Source: Spirochaetota bacterium
Lineage (GTDB): Bacteria > Spirochaetota > UBA4802 > UB4802
Reading direction: 5' to 3'
NCBI GenBank assembly: GCA_026414805.1
Contig: JAOAIH010000001.1
Location: forward strand, 51,335-115,334
Length of the DNA: 64,000 nucleotides
Part shown: one piece after another, positions 1 to 11,847 of the stretch
How the letters are laid out: each line of letters opens with the position of its first letter
Position numbering within the stretch: the stretch's first letter is position 1
Made by a program: the position numbers and the translations under genes
The notes under the pieces: generated by a model
Seen by the model: the letters and a program-made list of their open reading frames with translations, nothing else
Databases searched by the model: none
Told to the model about the DNA's origin: nothing

Positions 1-317
1 TGCGCCGTAAGGACATTGTGCATGAATTTGACCACGATATTGAGATAGTCTGCACACAACAGGAAATAGCAAAAGGAGCAATTGCGTTGGTGCAGTTGCC
101 TTCCAGAATACTGTGCCCCCTATGTAACGGGCAACACCGCGATTGCTACGTGTGTAACGGGATTGGACGGATATCAAGCGCTTCAACATTTGAAATTGCC
201 CTGCCTGAAGATATTATTCATACAACAATACTCACCGTTGACTTACGGAAATACCGCCCTGACACTTTTACCGATTTAACCATTAAGTATTTACGGATAA
301 AAGTAACAATTATATAA
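1..317 (+). CDS. C-terminal fragment of a protein with DnaJ-type CxxCxG zinc-finger repeats (partial; the frame is open from the window edge)
   Basis: The frame is open from nt 3. It contains CPLCNGQ and CYVCNGIG repeats. The listed ORF begins at GTG 18 but continues upstream. It is not a full DnaJ. Confidence 0.3.
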   Translation, partial: RRKDIVHEFDHDIEIVCTQQEIAKGAIALVQLPSRILCPLCNGQHRDCYVCNGIGRISSASTFEIALPEDIIHTTILTVDLRKYRPDTFTDLTIKYLRIKVTII

Positions 318-319
318 TA

Positions 320-1621
320 TTACTTAAACCTAATTCTCAATGAATCTCCATGCTTATCATCAAATCCTTCAACACTAGACATACGCGATACATGGTCCAC
401 TGCTTCTTTTAGTGCTGAAGGCGTCAGATACTGAAATGAGGTGCGGCGCATAAATGTTTCAACACCCAGCCCTGACGAAAATCGTGCAGCACCACCTGTA
501 GGAAGCACATGATTGGTCCCTGAAAAATAATCACCTACTGCAACAGGTGCATATCCACCTAAAAATAGTGAGCCTACATTTTTAATTTTAGTTAAATATT
601 GCAATGGGTTTTCCACCATAAGTTCCATATGTTCAGGCCCATAGTTATTTGAAAACTCTATTGCCTCTTCAATTGAAGATACAATAATAATGTGTGCATT
701 GTGTAATGCCTTTTTCTTTATTTCATGCCTTCCTCTTCCTGAGTTTATATCTTCTTCGATATACTCATTCACTTTTTTCGCAAGCTTTTGTGATGTTGTT
801 ACTAAAATGGCTATTGCCATCTCCTCATGCTCTGCTTGTGATAACAAATCCCATGCTACCCAGTGAGGATGTGCACTGTCATCAGCAATAATTAATACCT
901 CACTTGGTCCCGCAAGTGAATCAATCTGTATAATCCCCTGACTGAAAAGATATGCTTTTGCAGCAGTTACATAAATATTGCCTGGCCCAACAATAATCTC
1001 TGCTTTTGGAACGGATTGAGTACCATATGCAGCAGCAGCAATACCATGTGCCCCACCGGATTTGATTATTGTGGTAATACCAAGAATATGAGCCATTGCA
1101 CCAATATACGGAGCTATCGAACCATCTTTTGATGGAGGTGTAATAATTGAAATATGTTTGCACCCTGCAATCTGTGCCGGGATTACACCCATTAACACCG
1201 ACGAAGGATATGATGCTTTCCCCCCAGGCACATACACTGCAGCGCTTTCAATTGGCTGATACAGCATCCCCAGAGTAGTACCATCTTCCCGTGTATAAAT
1301 GAACGAATCTCTTCTCTGGTGTAAATGGAATTCGTATATATTTTCTATAGCTTTTTCAAATGATTTAATCACAACCTTATCAGTATTGTTATATGCATTT
1401 ACAATTTCCTTTTCTGTTGCACACACCTGGGTCAATTCAACCTTGTCAAATTGTCGTGTATATTCAATAACAGCAGCATCACCTTCATCTCTCACCTTTT
1501 GTATAATCGGGATAACCTTATTAACCATTATGCCCGTAAAATCCTGGCCAAAACGCTGAAACAACTTAGTACGGTCTTTTGCAGTCAAATCAGATAAATT
1601 CCTTATAGCTATCATATCCAC
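320..1621 (-). CDS. hisD: histidinol dehydrogenase
   Basis: 433 aa. Carries HisD signatures GPGNIYVTAAK, AGPSEVLIIAD and SQAEHEE, and has the typical length. Confidence 0.9.
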   Translation of the reverse strand: MDMIAIRNLSDLTAKDRTKLFQRFGQDFTGIMVNKVIPIIQKVRDEGDAAVIEYTRQFDKVELTQVCATEKEIVNAYNNTDKVVIKSFEKAIENIYEFHLHQRRDSFIYTREDGTTLGMLYQPIESAAVYVPGGKASYPSSVLMGVIPAQIAGCKHISIITPPSKDGSIAPYIGAMAHILGITTIIKSGGAHGIAAAAYGTQSVPKAEIIVGPGNIYVTAAKAYLFSQGIIQIDSLAGPSEVLIIADDSAHPHWVAWDLLSQAEHEEMAIAILVTTSQKLAKKVNEYIEEDINSGRGRHEIKKKALHNAHIIIVSSIEEAIEFSNNYGPEHMELMVENPLQYLTKIKNVGSLFLGGYAPVAVGDYFSGTNHVLPTGGAARFSSGLGVETFMRRTSFQYLTPSALKEAVDHVSRMSSVEGFDDKHGDSLRIRFK

Positions 1622-1653
1622 CCCTTATAACAAAGTAATTACTATATTATTTC

Positions 1654-1682
1654 TTGACTTTATTATACTTTATTATTAATAT
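1654..1682 (+). promoter_or_regulatory. candidate sigma70-type promoter (TTGACT, 17-nt spacer, TAATAT) for the lipoprotein gene
   Basis: TTGACT at 1654-1659 and TAATAT at 1677-1682. A GGAGG ribosome-binding site at 1720-1724 sits 8 nt before ATG 1733. The background is AT-rich, so hexamers like these are common. Confidence 0.3.
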
Positions 1683-1732
1683 TCATTAAAATATCACACA
1701 CTGTACAGTAAAAAAATATTTCTGGAGGCACT

Positions 1733-1996
1733 ATGTTCAGGTATATAGTAACAATAATGGTAGCGATAGCTCTTATTATAACTGGTTGCAAAAAAACTAC
1801 AATAACACCAAAACTTTTTGTGACAATACAAAATGAGATTCTTGACAGTGATATGCAGCAATCAACCAAAGAATCCATCGTTGCAAAATATGGAATCACT
1901 TTGCAACAGTATGAAGAATATGAAAAAAAAGTTGAAAGCGACCCCGAATTAAAGGCACAAGTTGGAAAAGAACGCCTCAATATTATGAAAAAATAG
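1733..1996 (+). CDS. small putative lipoprotein
   Basis: N-terminal signal peptide with lipobox ITGC (MFRYIVTIMVAIALIITGCKK); 87 aa. Confidence 0.45.
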   Translation: MFRYIVTIMVAIALIITGCKKTTITPKLFVTIQNEILDSDMQQSTKESIVAKYGITLQQYEEYEKKVESDPELKAQVGKERLNIMKK

Positions 1997-1998
1997 CA

Positions 1999-2820
1999 TT
2001 ACTGTATACCAAGCAGTTGTATCACATTCTTATACAAAATATGATCTGCACTGTTGCCAAGATTTTCAAAATGTTGTGCATAGCGTGAATATCCAAGAAG
2101 CGGGTAGTCACTTCCAAAAATAATTTTTTCTTTACCACATACCTGTATGCTTATACTATATATATCCGGATGGTATAGAAACGGAGTAGCGGCAGTATCG
2201 TAATAAACATGTCGTAACGATTGTTTAACTTCAGGCATTAGTTCATAAAATAAAAGCCCACCCCCCCAATGTGAGCAGATAATCGGTATTTTAGAATATT
2301 GTGCAAGTAGCGCAAAAAGCTTTCGCATATCAGTATAATATTTTCCCGCATAGAAATGGCCAACTGGTTCATTTACATGTAGGCACACCGGTAATTTAAC
2401 CTTCTCTGCTATTGCAAGAATTTGGCCACATAACAATTCCTCCTCTTCATTAAAGCCACTTACATAAAAAGCAACCTCACCAATGCCATACAATCCCATT
2501 TCCTTGATTAATGTTATCTGTTCATATATATCGCTCTCAAGAGCTATCGCTCCAAATGCATATACTTTTCCTTTATATTTCTGTTGCATCTTTACAAGGT
2601 ACTCATTATGCTCAATTGCATATTCCTTTTTTTGCCAGGTAAAGCCCAGAGTCACTGATGCATCAACTGCATTATTATTCATTGATTCTAACAGCATTTC
2701 AGCATTAGCAATCTTTGCTTTGCCATAATACAGCAAAGAAAATTGCCTGTCATCGCAATACTTTTCCTTGTTGTGTACCATCTCATCGTTAAAAATATGT
2801 GTATGTGCATCAATTATCAT
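1999..2820 (-). CDS. amidohydrolase-family (TIM-barrel metal-dependent hydrolase) protein
   Basis: N-terminal MIIDAHTHIF metal-binding motif typical of the amidohydrolase_2 family; 273 aa. Confidence 0.6.
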   Translation of the reverse strand: MIIDAHTHIFNDEMVHNKEKYCDDRQFSLLYYGKAKIANAEMLLESMNNNAVDASVTLGFTWQKKEYAIEHNEYLVKMQQKYKGKVYAFGAIALESDIYEQITLIKEMGLYGIGEVAFYVSGFNEEEELLCGQILAIAEKVKLPVCLHVNEPVGHFYAGKYYTDMRKLFALLAQYSKIPIICSHWGGGLLFYELMPEVKQSLRHVYYDTAATPFLYHPDIYSISIQVCGKEKIIFGSDYPLLGYSRYAQHFENLGNSADHILYKNVIQLLGIQ

Positions 2821-2887
2821 AGTATATTCCTAATATGTTTGACATTATCATAATCTTTTTTACTATTCTATTACCTTTATTTGATAT

Positions 2888-4393
2888 ATGAATACTATGA
2901 ATTCAATAGAATATTATTTAGAACCCTCAAAAGAGGGCTATCATACACTTCGAGTTAAAAGTGAAGACAACTCATTTAGATATATTCACAGCAAATATTA
3001 CCCCAGCAAAGAATCATCATATTTACAGGATATTGTCAATCCTGAAAAATATGATGTGTGCATTATTTTAGGAATTGGTCTAGGGTATCATCTTGCATAT
3101 TTACATCAGGTTATACATTTATTTAAGCAGATTATCTGTATAGATATTCATAATTATTTACCTAATGCCACTATATCACCTGAAATACAATCAATCATTG
3201 AAAACCCTTCTATACAATTGGTGTATGTTAATCATGACACCATTAGTATGTTACATGATGTAATAAAATTTAATTTTACTAAAGGCATCCAAGTCATTGA
3301 ACATCCTGCTTCAATCAATGCGTTCCCATCACTATTTTCCTCTATAAAAAGGTCTTTACAGCAAATTATAGAAAAATCCGTCACAAACCATCTCACTTCA
3401 TCCATGTTTGCCTATCGGTATATCAAAAATGCTTTAATAAACCTTTCACGTTTGCCAGAATGCTTTTCGGTACAGCAATGCAAAGATGTACATAAAGATA
3501 AGCCCTGCATCATCGTTGCTCCCGGTCCATCATTTGATGCAATTGCAGAGCATCTTGCCACGATGCAACATCATGTTATTATCATAGCAGTTGACTCTGC
3601 ACTTAAAGCTTTGCATGCATATTCTATCATACCTGATTATATTGTTTCCATTGACCCACAGCCCGTTGTGTTTGCTCATTTTTTTTCCACACACACTAAC
3701 TCATATATTATCTCAACGCCTACTGCACATCCGATGATTTTTTCTTCACCTGTTATTCTCTCACTAAACACACACCCTCTATGCCAGTTGATAGATGAAC
3801 TATACCCTGACCATATTGGTTCTGTCGATAGCCGAACTGGAACAGTCCTTGGCGATGCAATTTCATTTGCACTCTTTGCAGGATGCAATCCTTTAGCTAT
3901 AACTGGAGCCGACTTTTCATTTCCACGCTTTATCACTTATGCCCGTACAACAGAATACCAGTATCGTTATCAGTGCATGCATAGCCGTATAACCCCATTA
4001 GAAACAAAAAATATGGACTATATCATATATGCATCCCGACGTACTCTTACTCACAGCACATATTCAAGAAAAGTATTCATCCAGTACCGTAATGCTATAA
4101 ATAACCTTCTGCCTAAAAATGTGCATATATTCCATTTACATCCACAATTACCCCTTGAAAACGCAAGGCCTCTTACAATCAAAAACTTTTTATCACTACC
4201 ACAAGTCATACACCACAAAAAAGAAATTCCACTTCCACTACAAAAGCTATCTGGCACCATTAACATTCACACAGTATATGCAATGCTACAGGATGAAACT
4301 ATCTTTTCATCTATTTTAGAAGCATCACATATTCGGTCTTTAATTGACATTCAGAAAATACATCATCTTTTACTCAAGGGGGCAAATCTATGA
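2888..4393 (+). CDS. DUF115 / MptE-like (motility-accessory-factor-like) domain protein
   Basis: Central IIVAPGPSFD...AVDSALKAL...SIDPQ block resembles the 6-hydroxymethylpterin diphosphokinase MptE-like/Maf domain. The stop overlaps the coaE start (ATGA). Confidence 0.45.
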   Translation: MNTMNSIEYYLEPSKEGYHTLRVKSEDNSFRYIHSKYYPSKESSYLQDIVNPEKYDVCIILGIGLGYHLAYLHQVIHLFKQIICIDIHNYLPNATISPEIQSIIENPSIQLVYVNHDTISMLHDVIKFNFTKGIQVIEHPASINAFPSLFSSIKRSLQQIIEKSVTNHLTSSMFAYRYIKNALINLSRLPECFSVQQCKDVHKDKPCIIVAPGPSFDAIAEHLATMQHHVIIIAVDSALKALHAYSIIPDYIVSIDPQPVVFAHFFSTHTNSYIISTPTAHPMIFSSPVILSLNTHPLCQLIDELYPDHIGSVDSRTGTVLGDAISFALFAGCNPLAITGADFSFPRFITYARTTEYQYRYQCMHSRITPLETKNMDYIIYASRRTLTHSTYSRKVFIQYRNAINNLLPKNVHIFHLHPQLPLENARPLTIKNFLSLPQVIHHKKEIPLPLQKLSGTINIHTVYAMLQDETIFSSILEASHIRSLIDIQKIHHLLLKGANL

Positions 4394-4980
4394 GAATAGG
4401 TGTAACCGGCATTTATGCATCTGGAAAAGGCACGGTGTGCTCCATGTTTGAACAATTAGGGGCGATAGTTATTGATACAGACATTATTGCCCGCCAAATT
4501 GTCACCCCTCCAAGTCCTGTGCTTGATACACTAGTAAAAACATTTGGAGATGATATACTCAATCAAGATGGGACACTAAACAGAAGGTATCTAGCTCAAA
4601 AGGTATTTACTTGTAAAAAAAATGTGGATATGCTCAATTCGATAACCCATCCTGCAATATTCCATGAAGTTATGCAAAGATCTAATAACAGCAATAGTAT
4701 CTATATGATTAACACCCCTTTGCTGTTCGAAACAGAATTTTATAAATACATGGACAAAAATATCGTCGTAATTGCAAATACCGATCAGGTCATAAAAAGA
4801 GGTGTTATTCGTGATGGAATAAGTGAAGACGAAATAAAGGCACGTCTTAATTATCAAATTTCTCTTAAAGAAAAGATGCAATTAGCCGATTATATCATAG
4901 ATAATTCTGGATCATTAGAAAATACTAAAAAGCAGGTTGAAGAATTATGGAAAACTTTGATTTCAATGAAAGACCAGTAA
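4390..4980 (+). CDS. coaE: dephospho-CoA kinase
   Basis: MRIGVTGIYASGKGT P-loop at the N-terminus, ~196 aa, CoaE-like throughout. Confidence 0.85.
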   Translation: MRIGVTGIYASGKGTVCSMFEQLGAIVIDTDIIARQIVTPPSPVLDTLVKTFGDDILNQDGTLNRRYLAQKVFTCKKNVDMLNSITHPAIFHEVMQRSNNSNSIYMINTPLLFETEFYKYMDKNIVVIANTDQVIKRGVIRDGISEDEIKARLNYQISLKEKMQLADYIIDNSGSLENTKKQVEELWKTLISMKDQ

Positions 4981-5714
4981 CCAGGGAAAAAAATGTTTTT
5001 TTACTTCATCTTGATGTTCCCCGCATTATACTGATCTGTGCGGTATTAATCGGTATAATAGTAACAACCTTTCTTTTAGGAATGAATTTCAGCGAAAATA
5101 AAGTTGTTTCCCATAACGCTCTGGTAATGCCTGAAATCCCAGGTGATACACTGGCTCAGCTTGATAAGGGCATTGATATAACTAACAGTACCCAAAATCC
5201 AGATCTTCCATTAATAGACAATACTACTAAGATGGATATGACACCTAAAGTTGATGAACCAACCAAACTTGATATAAATCCCAAACAGGATATAGCAGAT
5301 GCTACTATGTCTAAAAATAACCAATCTCAAACAGAGCAGGTTATTCATGATACTGTGCACAAAGAAAACATTGTAAAAAATGTCCCAAAAAAGAATGTTA
5401 AAGCCAAAGCAACTATAAAAAAGAATAAAGTAGTTGAAGTAGCAAAAACCGATGAAACACATTTAAAGCATATATCCCAGCGATCATGGTCTATACAGAT
5501 AGCATCATATAATACATTAACAAAAGCTCAAAAAGAGGCAAAAAGCCTTCAGACAATGAAATATGATGCGTATGTCGATAAGGCGGATGTATCAGGAAAA
5601 ACGTACTATCGTGTTAAAGTAGGTCCTATTTTGAAAGAAGACAAAGCTATTAGTATGCTACAGGAAATACAATCAATTGATAAATATAAAGAAAGCTATA
5701 TTGTAAAAGAGTAA
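4947..5714 (+). CDS. SPOR-domain membrane protein (cell-division-associated, peptidoglycan-binding)
   Basis: N-terminal TM helix, a low-complexity linker, and a C-terminal SPOR-like block (WSIQIASYNTLTKAQKEAKSL...YYRVKVGPI). Confidence 0.6.
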   Translation: MENFDFNERPVTREKNVFLLHLDVPRIILICAVLIGIIVTTFLLGMNFSENKVVSHNALVMPEIPGDTLAQLDKGIDITNSTQNPDLPLIDNTTKMDMTPKVDEPTKLDINPKQDIADATMSKNNQSQTEQVIHDTVHKENIVKNVPKKNVKAKATIKKNKVVEVAKTDETHLKHISQRSWSIQIASYNTLTKAQKEAKSLQTMKYDAYVDKADVSGKTYYRVKVGPILKEDKAISMLQEIQSIDKYKESYIVKE

Positions 5715-5723
5715 AAGCATAAT

Positions 5724-5755
5724 AAAAAACCCGCTTTTAAGAAGCGGGTTTTTTT
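5724..5755. terminator. bidirectional rho-independent terminator between convergent SPOR gene and gyrA
   Basis: AAAAAA-CCCGCTT-ttaag-AAGCGGG-TTTTTTT: 7-bp GC-rich stem, 5-nt loop, A-run on one side and T-run on the other. Confidence 0.6.
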
Positions 5756-5768
5756 ATTATGTTACTAT

Positions 5769-8213
5769 TTACTCTTTATCTTCATATAAAACTGCAAAAT
5801 CGGTTACCTCATCATCTTTATCAAGTTGCAACAACAGAACCCCGCCTGCTGTTCTTCCCTGATATGATATCTCTTTTGCTTTTAGCCTAATTGTCATTCC
5901 TTTTTTTGATGCAATAATGACTTCATCTTCAGGATGTACGGACCTGACACCTACTGCATACCCATTCTTTTCACTTATCTTAAGATATGCCATTCCTTTC
6001 CCACCTCTGCCCTTTGTAGCAAAGTGTGAATATTGTGTCTTCTTACCATACCCACGCGATGTTACCACACAAAGGTCAGAATCTGGTTTTACAACATCCA
6101 TTGCAATTATCTGATCATCTGATGAAACTCTCATTCCAATTATACCAGAAGAATTTCTTCCCATAGCCCTCATCTTGGCAATATTTGTCCTAAGTAGCAG
6201 TCCATTTTTGGTTGCTATCACCACATCATCCTGTGATTTCACTACCTTCACATCAACGAGTTCATCATCTTTATGCAGATTAATTGCAATTATGCCACCT
6301 TTTTTTACATTGCTGAATTCTTCCAGCGCAGTCTTTTTCATTATACCATTACGCGTAACCATGCATAAAAAGTTTTCACTAAAATCATTTACTGAACAGA
6401 TTGCTGTTATGGTTTCACCCGATGCAAGGTTGATGATGCCTTTTAATGATTTTCCTCGTGTATTCTTTGAAGCAATAGGTATCTCATATACCTTCATGCC
6501 AAATATTTTACCTTTATTTGACAACAATAACAGCGTATCATGAGTTGAGGCGATAGTCATCATGGTAATAAAATCTTCTTTTTTGGATGAAAGCCCAATG
6601 ACACCCTTGCCACCACGGCGCTGTTTTTTGAATGTATCAGCAGATAGACGACGTATAAATCCATCATTAGTAATTGTAATGACCATGTCCTCTTCAGCAA
6701 TCAAATCCTCAGCTTCAAAGCTTACTGATGTATCTTCATATACAATCTCTGTTCTTCTTTTATCTTGATATTTTTCTTTAATGGCAATAAGTTCATCTTT
6801 AACTAACGCATATATTCTTTTCTCGCTTTTTAAGATCGCTGTCAGTTCATCAATCAGTTTCAACAATTCTTTTAACTCATCAATAACTTTCTTCACTTCA
6901 AGACTTGTTAACCGTTGCAATCTCATATCAAGGATTGCTTTGGATTGAATTTCAGAGAGCTTAAAACGCTTGATAAGCCTTTCATTAGCCTCTTCAACGG
7001 TCTTTGAACCTCTGATTATTGCTATCACCTCATCAATATTATCAAGTGCTATTTTTAACCCTTCAAGGATATGTGCCCTTTCTTTTGCTTTTGCTAATTC
7101 ATACTGAGTTCTGCGAGTAACAACTATTTTCCTGTGGCTAATATAGTGAGCTATAAGCCCCTTTAAATCTAAAAGCTTAGGTTGATTATTGACCAGGGCT
7201 AATAAATTTATGCCAAAGGATGTTTGCAACTGTGTATGCTTATAAAGCTGATTAATAATAATGTTTGTGACTGCATCTTTTCTACATCCAATAACTATTC
7301 TTAACCCATTTCGGTCTGATTCATCACGTAACTCATTAATACCTTCAATTACCTTATTGTTGACCAGCTCTGCAATTTTGGCTATTAATGCAGCTTTATT
7401 GACTTGATAGGGCAATTCGGTCACTACTATGAGTGATTTGTTCTTTTGCTCTTCAATATGGAGCTTGCCTCTGACAACAATACTGCCTTTTCCTTTTGCA
7501 TAGGCCTTTATCATTTCTTCTGAGGCAACAATAATGCCACCTGTTGGGAAATCCGGCCCTTTTACAAATTTCATCAACTGCTTCACAGTGGCATCAGGAT
7601 TATCAATCATGTATACTATTGCATCAATCACCTCAGAAAGATTGTGAGGGGGAATATTTGTGGCCATGCCAACTGCAATACCTGATGAGCCATTAACCAG
7701 AAGGTTTGGAAACGCAGCTGGAAGAACAACCGGCTCTTTTCTTGTTTCATCAAAGTTAGAAACAAAATCTACCGTATCTTTATCAATATCTTTGAGCAGT
7801 TCCTGCGCAAGTGCCGAAAGGCGTGCTTCGGTATATCGGTATGCAGCAGGTGGATCACCATCAATTGAACCAAAGTTTCCCTGCCCATCAATTAATGGCA
7901 GTCGCATAGAAAAGTCCTGAGCCATTCTGACTAGTGTATCATACACCGCCGCATCACCATGCGGGTGATAGTTACCTATAACCTCACCAACTATCTTTGC
8001 TGACTTTACATAGGGCCTATCACTTCGCCATGCACGCTCATTCATTGCATGAAGAATTCGTCTGTGTACAGGCTTTAATCCATCACGTACATCCGGAAGT
8101 GCTCGCCCTACAATGACGCTCATCGCATAATCCAGGTATGAGCGTTTCATCGATTCTTCAATTTCAATATTATAAACTCTTTTTTCTTTTGGGTTATCCT
8201 GTTTCTTAGTCAC
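5769..8213 (-). CDS. gyrA: DNA gyrase subunit A
   Basis: 814 aa. N-terminal GyrA signature ...DVRDGLKPVHRRILHAM..., with C-terminal beta-pinwheel repeats. Confidence 0.95.
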   Translation of the reverse strand: MTKKQDNPKEKRVYNIEIEESMKRSYLDYAMSVIVGRALPDVRDGLKPVHRRILHAMNERAWRSDRPYVKSAKIVGEVIGNYHPHGDAAVYDTLVRMAQDFSMRLPLIDGQGNFGSIDGDPPAAYRYTEARLSALAQELLKDIDKDTVDFVSNFDETRKEPVVLPAAFPNLLVNGSSGIAVGMATNIPPHNLSEVIDAIVYMIDNPDATVKQLMKFVKGPDFPTGGIIVASEEMIKAYAKGKGSIVVRGKLHIEEQKNKSLIVVTELPYQVNKAALIAKIAELVNNKVIEGINELRDESDRNGLRIVIGCRKDAVTNIIINQLYKHTQLQTSFGINLLALVNNQPKLLDLKGLIAHYISHRKIVVTRRTQYELAKAKERAHILEGLKIALDNIDEVIAIIRGSKTVEEANERLIKRFKLSEIQSKAILDMRLQRLTSLEVKKVIDELKELLKLIDELTAILKSEKRIYALVKDELIAIKEKYQDKRRTEIVYEDTSVSFEAEDLIAEEDMVITITNDGFIRRLSADTFKKQRRGGKGVIGLSSKKEDFITMMTIASTHDTLLLLSNKGKIFGMKVYEIPIASKNTRGKSLKGIINLASGETITAICSVNDFSENFLCMVTRNGIMKKTALEEFSNVKKGGIIAINLHKDDELVDVKVVKSQDDVVIATKNGLLLRTNIAKMRAMGRNSSGIIGMRVSSDDQIIAMDVVKPDSDLCVVTSRGYGKKTQYSHFATKGRGGKGMAYLKISEKNGYAVGVRSVHPEDEVIIASKKGMTIRLKAKEISYQGRTAGGVLLLQLDKDDEVTDFAVLYEDKE

Positions 8214-8261
8214 TGCCTGTTACCTTTTTTCAAAAAAATTAAATTATATACAATCTGTATT

Positions 8262-10373
<2,112 letters not shown>

Positions 10374-10393
<20 letters not shown>

Positions 10394-10742
10394 CGCTGCT
10401 TTTCCTTGATGGATTTTTTTTGACAGTGCACTTTAAAGAATGTATTGCAATTGAACTAGATAATTCAGATAACCGTTTAATAATCATAGATTGCGATAAA
10501 GTAATTTCATTTGCATATATAGGATGATCTACAATAATATACAATATGTGATTAGCTATTTTCAAAGGAAAACTATGAGTTGCAATAATATCTCCAACTA
10601 CATTTTTCCATAAATCCCGTATATGCTCCAGAACAAATCCCTGGGATAATCCAATCTCTGAAGCAACATCCTTCATAATCTGACCACATGCAATAATTCG
10701 GGAATACCTTTTTTCATTATATCTAAACTTCATTATCCACAC
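10374..10742 (-). CDS. DUF721 (YaaB/RemB-like) protein conserved between recF and gyrB
   Basis: 122 aa. W-x2-VVG-x2-IA-x-HS-P pattern (LWKNVVGDIIATHSFPLKIANHILYIIVD). The position between recF and gyrB is conserved across bacteria. Confidence 0.6.
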
Positions 10743-11830
10743 ACTCTATTATCTACAACCTTTATATGCTTATAATTTTCTATAAAATTTATATCATTAC
10801 TGCTTGCGCACGTAATGATAATCTGATTATTTCCCTCTAAAAGTTTGTGTACTAATTTTTTCCGTCTGCCATCATCCAATTCTGATAATACATCATCAAG
10901 AAGTATGACGGATTTTGTTTTTTTAACATCATATATTACATTAACTTCAGCAAGCCTCATTGCAATTGATGCTAACCTCCTTTGGCCAGTTGATGTATAA
11001 TACTTAAAAATTAAATTTTCTCTTCCATATATTACGTAAGAATCCCGATGTGGACCGGCGGTTGTGGTTCCAACCTTCATATCAATATCTCTTCTTTTAA
11101 TTAATTCATTCTTAATATTTAAAGGGTCTTTGTTACTCAATGATGAAAAATATCTTACTTCTAAATTGTCATTTAATCCTGAAAGCTCTTTATACAACTC
11201 ATTAAAATAGTTATTAAATTGCTCAATATACTGCTTCCTTTTCACTATTAAAACACTGGCACAATCAGAATACATTGAATCCCAAATGTCAAGCTGTTTA
11301 ATTATGTCTCTTTTAAATGAACTTTCTTTTAATAGATGATTGCGATTTCTTAATATTTTTTTGAATGAAGTGAGTAATTCAATATATTCCTTATCAACAT
11401 TTGATATAAGCCTATCAAAATACCTGCGAATAACATCTGGAGGACCACTTATTATTGCTGTATCATCAGGGAAAAAAGCAACTATATTAAATTTACCATA
11501 AAAATCAGATAATTTCTTTATTTCTTTTCCATCTATCTTTACTTTTTTTTCAGATTGCTCCTCTGTAATACTAGCACCTACCTCAATATTTGAAATATCA
11601 GCATTATTGACATTTACTGATATATAGTATTCTTTTTTGCCCCACTGAACAATATCCTTATCAGTACAATTTCTGAAAGATTTTATATTTGAAGCTATAT
11701 ATATGGCTTCAAGTATATTAGTCTTACCCGAGCCATTATCACCTGAAACTACATTTATTCCAGGTGAAAAGATAATAGCTTCATTTGTATAATTTCTAAA
11801 TGTCTTTAGAACTAATTTATGTATATACAT
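10733..11830 (-). CDS. recF: DNA replication/repair protein RecF
   Basis: N-terminal Walker A VVSGDNGSGKTNILEAI, C-terminal signature/D-loop ILLDDVLSELD; 365 aa. Confidence 0.9.
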   Translation of the reverse strand: MYIHKLVLKTFRNYTNEAIIFSPGINVVSGDNGSGKTNILEAIYIASNIKSFRNCTDKDIVQWGKKEYYISVNVNNADISNIEVGASITEEQSEKKVKIDGKEIKKLSDFYGKFNIVAFFPDDTAIISGPPDVIRRYFDRLISNVDKEYIELLTSFKKILRNRNHLLKESSFKRDIIKQLDIWDSMYSDCASVLIVKRKQYIEQFNNYFNELYKELSGLNDNLEVRYFSSLSNKDPLNIKNELIKRRDIDMKVGTTTAGPHRDSYVIYGRENLIFKYYTSTGQRRLASIAMRLAEVNVIYDVKKTKSVILLDDVLSELDDGRRKKLVHKLLEGNNQIIITCASSNDINFIENYKHIKVVDNRVCG

Positions 11831-11847
11831 TATGGGCAGTATATATT

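Noticed and set aside
1-317. Calling the edge ORF DnaJ
   Set aside because: Only two CxxCxG repeats are visible and the flanking sequence does not match the DnaJ C-terminal domains. It is kept as a generic zinc-finger fragment.
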